Virus record (IMG/VR): IMGVR_UViG_2974570554_000001
Source: a virus
Taxonomy: Duplodnaviria; Heunggongvirae; Uroviricota; Caudoviricetes; Demerecviridae
Direction: 5' to 3' (one strand)
DNA: 64,000 nt
The translations under genes were made by a program, and so were the position numbers. Shown piece after piece: positions 16,733 to 25,094 of this stretch (position 1 is its first letter; each line of letters begins with the position of its first letter). The notes below the pieces were generated by a model. It saw only the letters and a list, made by a program, of their open reading frames with translations, had not been told where the DNA came from and did no database searches.

Positions 16733-17214
16733 CACATAGAACGAGTATACGTGATAAGATAGTCGATACTCTAAAAACCGAACTTACAGATTCTAATCAA
16801 GATACTTATTATACTGACATAGACATGAATGTTAGTGGTGAGAATTTGTATCTTGATCAGGTAGAATACTTCCCTGCACTTACGGTGGCGTTAGGTCCTG
16901 AACGCCCAGAGTACCAGCCGGGAGGTTTTAGGTGGATGTACCTCACTCTAGTTATAAGAGCGTATGTTAAGTCCGAAGACAGAGCAGACGAAGAATTAGA
17001 GCTACTAATCCAAGATATAAAAACCTTTATTGACACTCACGAGGATATAGAATATACTATAACTACTCCAAAAGGAGTTCAAAAACAGCTCCATGCTACC
17101 GAAATGACTATACTAAGCATTAATACAGATGAAGGTGTTCTAAATCCTATGGGTATAGGTGAGGTGGCTATAGAAATTAGATACCAGGACAGAAATGTTA
17201 GATTTATTAAATAA
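16729..17214 (+). CDS. Tail terminator (T5 p142-like)
   Basis: 161 aa; position before the tail tube gene. Confidence 0.8.
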   Translation: MTHRTSIRDKIVDTLKTELTDSNQDTYYTDIDMNVSGENLYLDQVEYFPALTVALGPERPEYQPGGFRWMYLTLVIRAYVKSEDRADEELELLIQDIKTFIDTHEDIEYTITTPKGVQKQLHATEMTILSINTDEGVLNPMGIGEVAIEIRYQDRNVRFIK

Positions 17215-17228
17215 GGAGTCTGCAATAA

Positions 17229-18674
17229 ATGTCAGTCCAACTATTACGTAATACTAGATTATGGGCTAGTATAGCAAAGCCAGGTGAAACACTTGATAAG
17301 ACCAATACTTGGGAGGTCTTAATCCAAGAGGACTTTGCGTTCAACCAAGACGGTAACTCTACCGATATTAACTTAGATGAAGCAGGCCCACGCCCAACTC
17401 GTGGTTCTAAGAGATTCAATGATAATCTAAACCCTGCTGACTGGAACTTTTCTACATACCTACGCCCATACTTGAGCGATTCTGGTACTAAGAATAACTC
17501 TGCAGATGACGTAGTTCTAACTCCAGACTACTCCCTATGGCACTGTCTAGCTAGTGGATCTCCTGTAGATATTACTAATGAAGACGGAGTTAAGGCTAAC
17601 TCTACAAATATGCTAGTAAGTTTCAAAGATAACCAGTACCACCAACTTAATACACTTACACTGTTCTACTTAGTTGATAACGTATGGTATAAAATCCACG
17701 ACGTACAAATCAACCAAGCAGAAATCAGCATTGATATTGAAGGTATTGGTATGACAGCTTGGTCTGGGCAAGGTACTAAGGTAGAGCCTCTAGGTACTAC
17801 TCAACCTTTCGATCCTAACTCAGCAGACTTTACGTTCCCTGATGATGTATTTGAAACAGCTCCATATATTAAGAATAAGTTAACTACTTTATTCATTAAA
17901 GATAATAAGGACGATGTTAAGTATGATATTCCTATTACTGGTGGTTCTATTACTATCAATAACAATATCAGCTACTTGACACCAAATACTCTATCGCGTT
18001 TGGACCTACCTATTGGCTCATTCACAGGAACATTCGAAGTTTCAGGTAGCCTAGAAGCTTACCTACGTAACAAAGAGCCTGGCGACCCTCAAGATCGTGC
18101 AGCAGAGTTACTAAACAAAATGATTACCGATAGAAGTATCACTAATAGCTTCCAAATTGGTATCTGTTTAGGTGGTGTATACCCGAACGCTAATGCAAGT
18201 ACAGTAACTAAAGCACCGGGTGTTGTAGTTGTATTACCAACTGCTCACTTATCTGTTCCATCTACTGAGACAGCTGACGTACTTGGTACAAGTATTGAGT
18301 TCAAGGGTATTCCTACAGAACTAGATGCTGGTGATGAAGTTTACTTAGGTATGAGTCCAGAATATACTGCAGCTCAAATCCAAGCTCTTATCGAGCGCGG
18401 TGATGGGGCTAGACTTTCTGCTCCACCAGGCATTACCACACAGCCTGCTAACCAAACACTAACTACAGGTGAACAGTTGCAGTTATCAGTGGCAGCTTCT
18501 GATGCATCGCGTTACCAGTGGTACAAAGATGGTGCTCCTATTAGTGGCGCTACAGCTTCAACATATACTAAGAGTTCCGCAGCACTATCAGATAGTGGTA
18601 AGTACTATGTAGAAGCTTACAATAGTGAAGGTAGTAAAACTACCAGTAACACAATCACAGTTACTGTTAGTTAA
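17229..18674 (+). CDS. pb6: Major tail tube protein with C-terminal Ig domain
   Basis: MSVQLLRNTR N-terminus and RGSKRFND motif; C-terminal YQWYKDG..DSGKYYV Ig domain. Confidence 0.9.
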   Translation: MSVQLLRNTRLWASIAKPGETLDKTNTWEVLIQEDFAFNQDGNSTDINLDEAGPRPTRGSKRFNDNLNPADWNFSTYLRPYLSDSGTKNNSADDVVLTPDYSLWHCLASGSPVDITNEDGVKANSTNMLVSFKDNQYHQLNTLTLFYLVDNVWYKIHDVQINQAEISIDIEGIGMTAWSGQGTKVEPLGTTQPFDPNSADFTFPDDVFETAPYIKNKLTTLFIKDNKDDVKYDIPITGGSITINNNISYLTPNTLSRLDLPIGSFTGTFEVSGSLEAYLRNKEPGDPQDRAAELLNKMITDRSITNSFQIGICLGGVYPNANASTVTKAPGVVVVLPTAHLSVPSTETADVLGTSIEFKGIPTELDAGDEVYLGMSPEYTAAQIQALIERGDGARLSAPPGITTQPANQTLTTGEQLQLSVAASDASRYQWYKDGAPISGATASTYTKSSAALSDSGKYYVEAYNSEGSKTTSNTITVTVS

Positions 18675-18688
18675 TCAAGAGGATAACT

Positions 18689-19573
18689 ATGTCATACACT
18701 CTACAGAAAGAGTGCAAGATAGTGTTAATCTATAAAGGTACAGGGTATCTATTCGATGCCCTTACCCAGTTTGACTTTAACCAGACTTTCAATAGATCGT
18801 CTGGTTCTAGAAAGACTCTGCACTCAAAGAAAGCAAAACCATATACTTATGCTAATTCAAAAAACTCAGCTACGTTTAGCTTCGGTGTATTAGGTACTAA
18901 GAGCTTCTCGGAAGGTGTATTATTCGAATTGGCTGGGCTAACTAAGTTACATGCCAATGTATACGAATATGGTGACGAATTAGGTATATCACCTGAGTTT
19001 TGCGATATATTTATAGTTACTAAGGCTGGCACGCACAAAGTATCTAAAGCAGCGGTACAGTCACTAGAAGTATCACTAGCACTAAGTGAGCCACTAGCTT
19101 TTGATGTATCATTTACTGCTAGTAGTATTAAAAGAGTATCTGGTATAGATTTATCTTCTGGGTTGATAGAGCAAGGTGAGCCATTATTACCTACCCCTAT
19201 ACAATATAGAATAAATAATATTCTTAATAACTCAGTGATAAATGCAGGTATATCTTTACAGCAATCCATAGATTGGAGGGCTGACAGAGGATTGCATGAC
19301 ATAGGTAATTTATATATACCTAAACATGCAGTACTAACGGATAGGAGTTATGGTATGAATGTAAATACGTATCTAAATAACAAATACCCTACCCCAGAAG
19401 AAGCTTATTACGCAAATCTAGAACTATATAAATCTGGATTATATCTCTCATTAGGAGATGCATTGGTAACACACAGAGTAGCTCCTGCAGACGTATTTAC
19501 AGAAGCGCAAGATGTTACTATAACTGACAAAACAAATAAAATTATCGTGGAATATGGAGGATATTTAATATGA
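18689..19573 (+). CDS. Baseplate tube protein (T5 p140-like)
   Basis: 294 aa; FNQTF..RKTLH motif; synteny. Confidence 0.8.
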   Translation: MSYTLQKECKIVLIYKGTGYLFDALTQFDFNQTFNRSSGSRKTLHSKKAKPYTYANSKNSATFSFGVLGTKSFSEGVLFELAGLTKLHANVYEYGDELGISPEFCDIFIVTKAGTHKVSKAAVQSLEVSLALSEPLAFDVSFTASSIKRVSGIDLSSGLIEQGEPLLPTPIQYRINNILNNSVINAGISLQQSIDWRADRGLHDIGNLYIPKHAVLTDRSYGMNVNTYLNNKYPTPEEAYYANLELYKSGLYLSLGDALVTHRVAPADVFTEAQDVTITDKTNKIIVEYGGYLI

Positions 19574-19980
19574 AATTAAGTCTATCAGCATTAGCACTTA
19601 ACTCAAAAACAGCAGAGTTTGACTTCCCAGGTATTGTAGGATTTAAAGTACGCCTTACTTACCTATCTAGAGAAGCTAGACGTAAGATTCAGGAAAAATG
19701 TAAAGTTCAGAAATATGATGAAACTTCTGGTCTTCCATACATGGATCTAGATGTAGAGAAATATACGGAAGAATACGTGAAAGCAACAATCAATGGCTGG
19801 ACAGGGCTAACGCTAGAGAACGTAGCTAACCTAATGCTTATCGATCAATCTCAAGTAGAAGACCCTAAAGCTGAAATCGATTTTGATATTGATACTGCTA
19901 CACAGCTTGTTAAGTTATCCGAGAAATTTGATAACTGGGTTAGTGCTAAGTTGGCACAAATCGAGAACTTTCGAAACTGA
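19570..19980 (+). CDS. Tail assembly chaperone (T5 p139-like)
   Basis: 136 aa; canonical position between tube genes and tape measure. Confidence 0.8.
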   Translation: MKLSLSALALNSKTAEFDFPGIVGFKVRLTYLSREARRKIQEKCKVQKYDETSGLPYMDLDVEKYTEEYVKATINGWTGLTLENVANLMLIDQSQVEDPKAEIDFDIDTATQLVKLSEKFDNWVSAKLAQIENFRN

Positions 19981-20383
19981 GAGACGGAAACTTCTATTCG
20001 AATCTCTCGATAAATATTTCGATAAACAGAACGGTTTCTCTAAATCTAAGTATATAAATATATGTATGCAACTTGGAGAGAAGCCAGACCCTAAGAGAAT
20101 GCCTATAGATTTCTCAGACTTTCCACCACTAGTGAGAGATGCTATAGAAATCTTTAATAGACTAGGTGACAGGTACACTAGTACTGATCTTGGACCACTT
20201 TATATTGGTAAAGATATATCAACATTAGATTTCTTATATAATATTTATGAGATTCATGATGTAGAAGATAGAAAATTAACACTAGAGATAGTACAGCACC
20301 TAGATAGTAAAATAGTTAAACAAGCAGTTAGTAAATGGAAAACAGAAGCCAAAAAGCTAAAAGCAAAGGCTAAACATCACTAG
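19973..20383 (+). CDS. Tail chaperone C-terminal ORF (T5 p138-like), probably frameshift-expressed
   Basis: Open +1 frame overlapping the TAC end with no SD-led start; first Met only at 20066. Confidence 0.65.
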   Translation, partial: ETERRKLLFESLDKYFDKQNGFSKSKYINICMQLGEKPDPKRMPIDFSDFPPLVRDAIEIFNRLGDRYTSTDLGPLYIGKDISTLDFLYNIYEIHDVEDRKLTLEIVQHLDSKIVKQAVSKWKTEAKKLKAKAKHH

Positions 20384-20420
20384 CTACTTAACCGAGTCCT
20401 CACGGGCATTCCACGAGCTT

Positions 20421-20449
20421 GCTCTGGGTGTAATGCCCAGAGCTTTTTT
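20421..20449 (+). terminator. Intrinsic terminator between the TAC genes and the capsid-like gene
   Basis: GCTCTGGG-TGTAATG-CCCAGAGC-TTTTTT. Confidence 0.75.
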
Positions 20450-20464
20450 CGTATGGAGAAAACA

Positions 20465-21226
20465 ATGATTAAAGACCTAAAAACATATATTGAAACCGTG
20501 AACAAATCAGCAACATCTTCTGTATCAGGAGCAGAAGATACTAAAGTAGAAGCATTGCGTCAAGCAGTATTAAAAGGTAGCTGGTTACTTCCATTGCTGC
20601 CTAATATTACTATGACTGGTAAATTTACTGATATTCCTTTCATTCACCTACCTGACGATGATGACACTACTTTCCGAGTAGGTGGCCTTCAAGTAACAAA
20701 AGAATTACTAGCAGCACAAGCAGTATTAGTAGATGATACAGTAGAAGATTCTAGTCCTAATCTAGAAACAGCCCTAGACAGAATTCTTATCTCTCAAGCA
20801 CGTCTTAAGGTAGAAAACTATATTGCCGACCAAATGTCTGCTATAGCACCTACAGCAGGAGTCGCCTCTTCTAAGTCATTTTCTACAATTGTAGAGTTAA
20901 TTAAGAAATTCCCTAACCAAATGTTAGCTATCGAAGGTAAATTCGTAGCAGTAGTATCACCTATGACGCACTTCACTATGCTGTCAACAATGGATAATGC
21001 ACACAGAGAGATGGTAAAATCTGGTATCATTACTCTAGTACCGGCATTAGGTATGGAAGACGATGCCCTAATTATGTTCCATACTCAGGGTGTAGCATTA
21101 GGCTATACTATCACTGGTATTGAGAAAGACCGTGATGGGGCTAGCCAAAAAGACAACCTAATAGTTCAAGCAACAGCAGGCTTTGGATACGATAGCGATT
21201 ACATCAAACACGTAAAACTAAGCTAA
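20465..21226 (+). CDS. Second HK97-fold capsid-like protein (MCP paralogue, 253 aa)
   Basis: LLAAQAVLVDDTVEDSSPNLETALDRILI aligns by eye with MCP KLAAKAYMTDETEEDAITALLPIIRRHLI; similar C-terminal strands; GGAGAA SD. Confidence 0.7.
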   Translation: MIKDLKTYIETVNKSATSSVSGAEDTKVEALRQAVLKGSWLLPLLPNITMTGKFTDIPFIHLPDDDDTTFRVGGLQVTKELLAAQAVLVDDTVEDSSPNLETALDRILISQARLKVENYIADQMSAIAPTAGVASSKSFSTIVELIKKFPNQMLAIEGKFVAVVSPMTHFTMLSTMDNAHREMVKSGIITLVPALGMEDDALIMFHTQGVALGYTITGIEKDRDGASQKDNLIVQATAGFGYDSDYIKHVKLS

Positions 21227-21241
21227 TAAACTGGAGTTTAT

Positions 21242-24200
21242 ATGGCTAACAAGCTAATTGAAGAGCTAATTATTAAGGTTAAGCAGCAAGGTGCTAAACC
21301 TACAGAGAAAGCAATTACTGGTGTCGGAGAAGCCTTCGACACCGCAAAGAAAAATGTCAACGCATTTAACTCAGCCTCAGAACGTGTACCTAAGTATCTC
21401 AAAAAGATAGAAGAATCAGCAGACAGAGCGGCTAAGTCTATGGGTAAAGTGAAATTTACCATGGACTCTACAACTATCGAAGCTTCGCTAGGACGTATAG
21501 AAGGAAGCCTAGAAGCCTTAATTGGTGAAAGTCACGATCTTTACGATGCTATGGCTAAGATGAACAATAACTTGATTACCCTATTCCAGAATATGAGTAC
21601 AGAGTTAGGTGCTGATTTAGAGCGTGTAGAAGACGGTCTTATTGATGTACGAAAAGAGTCCGGTAAAACCAATGAAGCTCTTGGTAAAGTTGGTAAGGGA
21701 GCCAAGAAGGCAGGTAGAGGCCTAGCTAACTCTAACCGTCAAGGCAGAAACCAAGCACGTACCTTTGCAGACTTAGCTAAGTTTGCTGGGCCTCTCCCTT
21801 TATTATACGCTAACATTGCAGCTAACGTGTTCGCACTTAGTGAAGCTTTCCGTATCCTTACAGAAGGTGAGCAATTAAATCGTCTAGAAGAAGTTGGTAA
21901 GATTGTAGGTTCGCAAATAGGTGCTCCTGTACAGTTCACTGCATCTAAGATGCAAGAGCTAACTGGGCAAACTTTAAGTTACGGTGAAGCACTTCGTAAC
22001 GCTGCTGCAGCTGCATCTTATGGTTTCGATTCAGAGCAAATCGAACAACTAACAATGGCAGCACGCCGAGCATCTATCGCTCTAGGTGTTGACATGCAAG
22101 ACGCCATGAACCGTGTTATTCGTGGTACATCTAAGTTAGAGATAGAACTATTAGACGAGCTTGGTATTACTACTAAGCTAACTACTGCGTACCAAAACTA
22201 TGCCCAAAAACTAGGTGTTAGTGCACAGTCTCTTAACTCATACCAACAACGTGCTGCGTTAGTTAATGAGATTAACGCACAGTCGATTGAAAAGTTTGGT
22301 GACTTAGATGAGATGCTACGTGACGGTGCTCCTTGGGAAAGATTTGGTGCCAATGCTGGTACAGCTTTCCAAACATTCAGTAAGAACTTAGCAAGCGCTA
22401 CTGACGGTATGGCAACATTCTTTAATGACTGGCTATTCGGAGAGAAGACATTATCAGAAGCTAATACAAAAGCCCAACTATTAGGTGAAACTTTATCTAG
22501 AGCATTTAGGGAAGACACTCGTTCTGGTATGGTTGGTGGTCTTGTACAGCTGCGTGACCTAACCACACAGTATAAAGGAGAGTTAGACGAAGTTTTAGCT
22601 AGTATGGCTAACCCTAAGCCAGGGCAAAGTATTGATGACCTTTCTACGAAGGCTGGTTTCTTGCGAAGTGCTATTACTAGATTAAAAATAGCCTCTCAAG
22701 AATATTCTCTAGAATCTGTCAAGGACTTAGATAAAGCTGATGCTGCGTATAGAAACCTTAGTGCTACTGTCAAAGGCTCAGTTCAGTCGTATGAGACCTC
22801 TTTGGCTACTATCAAAGGTCAATCTGCGGCATATGAGAAGCTGTACAGTGACGTAGAAAATATGCAAAAAGCGTATTATCAACTAAAAGAAGCAGATCCC
22901 GCTTTCGATGCTGCCGAAGCACTAACTAAACTTGGGTTTAAATCGGAAGCAGCAATGAATAGTGCTGTCAAGTTAGCTAGAACTTACAGAGACACTAACC
23001 GAGAGTTGGCAGTCTTTGCTAAGACTCAAGCAGAAGCAGAGGTCCAAGGACGCTACTCAGGTAAAGAGCCTGAAGCAGTAAAATTAGGACTGCTTAAAGA
23101 ACAACAACTACTATATACAAAACTTCTAGTAGACCAACAAAGGTTAGGTGCTAGTAGTGTGGCTACCGCTAAAACATCAGCAGAGATAGCAAAAATAGTA
23201 TCACAAACCATAGATACACAGGTTGCTTTAGTAGACGTACACACTAAAGAACTAGATACCCAAACTAGATTGAATATGGCTCTACAACCAGAGCTATTAA
23301 TTAAGAAAGACCTACTATCCAATGAGAAGACCAGATTAGCAAACTTGCAGCTGATCCAAGGTACTCACAAAGAGCAAGAACAGTCTCTAAATAGAATCAA
23401 GCAATTAGAAAACGAGATACTAGCAGCACAAGTAGCTCAGTCTAATGCTATGATGGATTCTGCTCTAGGAAACTTAGCTTCTTTTGCGCCTGGTATTGAC
23501 CAAATGACTAGCTCAATCAATGGACTAGCTATGTCATTCAATAACATGGGTCAATCTAGTATGACAGCCACTCAGATGGTGTCTTCTGGATTGAATGCAT
23601 TCCAAGGTTTGCTATCGTATTCCTCAAACCAAGCTATACAGGCAGTGGATGCTCAAATAGCAGCGGAACAGAAGCGTGATGGTAAGTCAAAAGAGTCTGT
23701 AGCTAAGATAAACGCTCTTGAGAAGAAGAAGATTGAACAACAGAAAAAGGCAGCCAAGCAACAAATTCTTATCTCTACTGCGGTAGCGGTAATGAATGCA
23801 GCGGCTAACCCTTGGCCTGTTCCAGCTATCCCGTTAATGGCTACAGCAGCCTTAGCAGGTGGACTAGCGTACCAACAAGCCTCTAGTGCTTCTAGTAATC
23901 TAGTATCTTCGGCTAGTGGTAATACTCAAGCGTCCTTAACTCTTGGTGATAGATCGAATCAAGTAGACGTGTCTCAATCAGCATCTCGTGGTGAGCTAGC
24001 TTATATTAGAAATGAGTCTGGTACTGGCAGTATGCAGTCATTTACTCCTAGAGCAAACGGGGGTATAGGTATCCCAGGAAATAGTCTAGTAGTAGGTGAA
24101 CATGGTCCAGAGGTTATCACACCACTAGAACCAATACAAGCTTATAGCGCAGAAGAGTCTAGAGCTATGGGTGGTGGTTATACAGATAATCGTCAATTAG

Positions 24201-24310
24201 TAGTACAGGCTATTGATACTCAATCAATCATGGATAGAGCTGATGATATCTTCAATGCTTGGGATGATGCCGCATATCAGCGTGGCATGAATTCAGACAG
24301 ACTACGTTAA
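21242..24310 (+). CDS. pb2: Tape measure protein
   Basis: 1022 aa, Ala-rich helical; IEELIIKVKQQG N-terminus; GEHGPEVITP near the C-terminus. Confidence 0.9.
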   Translation: MANKLIEELIIKVKQQGAKPTEKAITGVGEAFDTAKKNVNAFNSASERVPKYLKKIEESADRAAKSMGKVKFTMDSTTIEASLGRIEGSLEALIGESHDLYDAMAKMNNNLITLFQNMSTELGADLERVEDGLIDVRKESGKTNEALGKVGKGAKKAGRGLANSNRQGRNQARTFADLAKFAGPLPLLYANIAANVFALSEAFRILTEGEQLNRLEEVGKIVGSQIGAPVQFTASKMQELTGQTLSYGEALRNAAAAASYGFDSEQIEQLTMAARRASIALGVDMQDAMNRVIRGTSKLEIELLDELGITTKLTTAYQNYAQKLGVSAQSLNSYQQRAALVNEINAQSIEKFGDLDEMLRDGAPWERFGANAGTAFQTFSKNLASATDGMATFFNDWLFGEKTLSEANTKAQLLGETLSRAFREDTRSGMVGGLVQLRDLTTQYKGELDEVLASMANPKPGQSIDDLSTKAGFLRSAITRLKIASQEYSLESVKDLDKADAAYRNLSATVKGSVQSYETSLATIKGQSAAYEKLYSDVENMQKAYYQLKEADPAFDAAEALTKLGFKSEAAMNSAVKLARTYRDTNRELAVFAKTQAEAEVQGRYSGKEPEAVKLGLLKEQQLLYTKLLVDQQRLGASSVATAKTSAEIAKIVSQTIDTQVALVDVHTKELDTQTRLNMALQPELLIKKDLLSNEKTRLANLQLIQGTHKEQEQSLNRIKQLENEILAAQVAQSNAMMDSALGNLASFAPGIDQMTSSINGLAMSFNNMGQSSMTATQMVSSGLNAFQGLLSYSSNQAIQAVDAQIAAEQKRDGKSKESVAKINALEKKKIEQQKKAAKQQILISTAVAVMNAAANPWPVPAIPLMATAALAGGLAYQQASSASSNLVSSASGNTQASLTLGDRSNQVDVSQSASRGELAYIRNESGTGSMQSFTPRANGGIGIPGNSLVVGEHGPEVITPLEPIQAYSAEESRAMGGGYTDNRQLVVQAIDTQSIMDRADDIFNAWDDAAYQRGMNSDRLR

Positions 24311-24315
24311 TAAAA

Positions 24316-24340
24316 GCCTCCCTATGTGGAGGCCATTTTG
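24316..24340 (+). terminator. Terminator after the tape measure gene
   Basis: GCCTCC-CTATGT-GGAGGC followed by CATTTTG. Confidence 0.55.
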
Positions 24341-24357
24341 TATCTAAAATTTTTGTG

Positions 24358-24385
24358 TTGACTTTAGCTAGTTTACGTGTATAAT
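24358..24385 (+). promoter_or_regulatory. Promoter for the tail-tip operon
   Basis: TTGACT-N16-TATAAT. Confidence 0.7.
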
Positions 24386-24476
24386 AACTTGTATAGCGAG
24401 ATATTGACTCGCTTTAAAGTTTTAAATACACTACGGCCCATTGACTCGCTCAATGGCATCTGGGGCACTTTTTTAA

Positions 24477-25094
24477 ATGGCTATTAGATTACCTGATCCA
24501 TTCACACATCCTGATGAAGCACCAGGATTCTTAAAAGCTCCGCTGGTAGACAACGAACCTATATTACAGGATGAGTTACCAAACGGAAAAGTGCTTCAAA
24601 CAAGAACTTCTGCTCAATACTGGAGCGTAGATATTACTTATCCGGACCTATACGAGCTAGAGTATAAATTAGTTTCTTCAGCAATCAACGAAGCTAAACG
24701 TACAGGCGACACAATAGAACTGATACTACCACAATATATCAACCATAGAGTTATCGGCGATCTAACTAGTACTAGTATACCTGCAGGTCAGAAAGGTAGT
24801 ACAGTAGAAATTACGGGAGTATCAAATATACATGGTGCACCATACCTTGGTGATTTATTCAAACTTAGTACACATCCCAAGGTATATAAGATAACAAAAT
24901 TCAAACGTGAAGGCGATAAATTTATTATTAATATATATCCAGATTTATTTATAGAGACTGATGGAACAGAGAAACCTGTGTTCAATGTAGTACCTTTACA
25001 AGTACGATTAATGGATAGAAGCTCTATCGCAGACAATGTTAATGCTGACGGAATGTACGAGGGCGTTAGCTACTCGTTTAGGGAGAGTTTATGA
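24477..25094 (+). CDS. pb9: Distal tail protein (Dit)
   Basis: 205 aa; MAIRLPDP..PGF N-terminus; synteny with T5. Confidence 0.88.
   Translation: MAIRLPDPFTHPDEAPGFLKAPLVDNEPILQDELPNGKVLQTRTSAQYWSVDITYPDLYELEYKLVSSAINEAKRTGDTIELILPQYINHRVIGDLTSTSIPAGQKGSTVEITGVSNIHGAPYLGDLFKLSTHPKVYKITKFKREGDKFIINIYPDLFIETDGTEKPVFNVVPLQVRLMDRSSIADNVNADGMYEGVSYSFRESL

Noticed and set aside
18395-18402. GCGCGGTG, the recalled T5 major nick sequence
   Set aside because: About one hit is expected by chance in 64 kb; nick sites need experimental mapping
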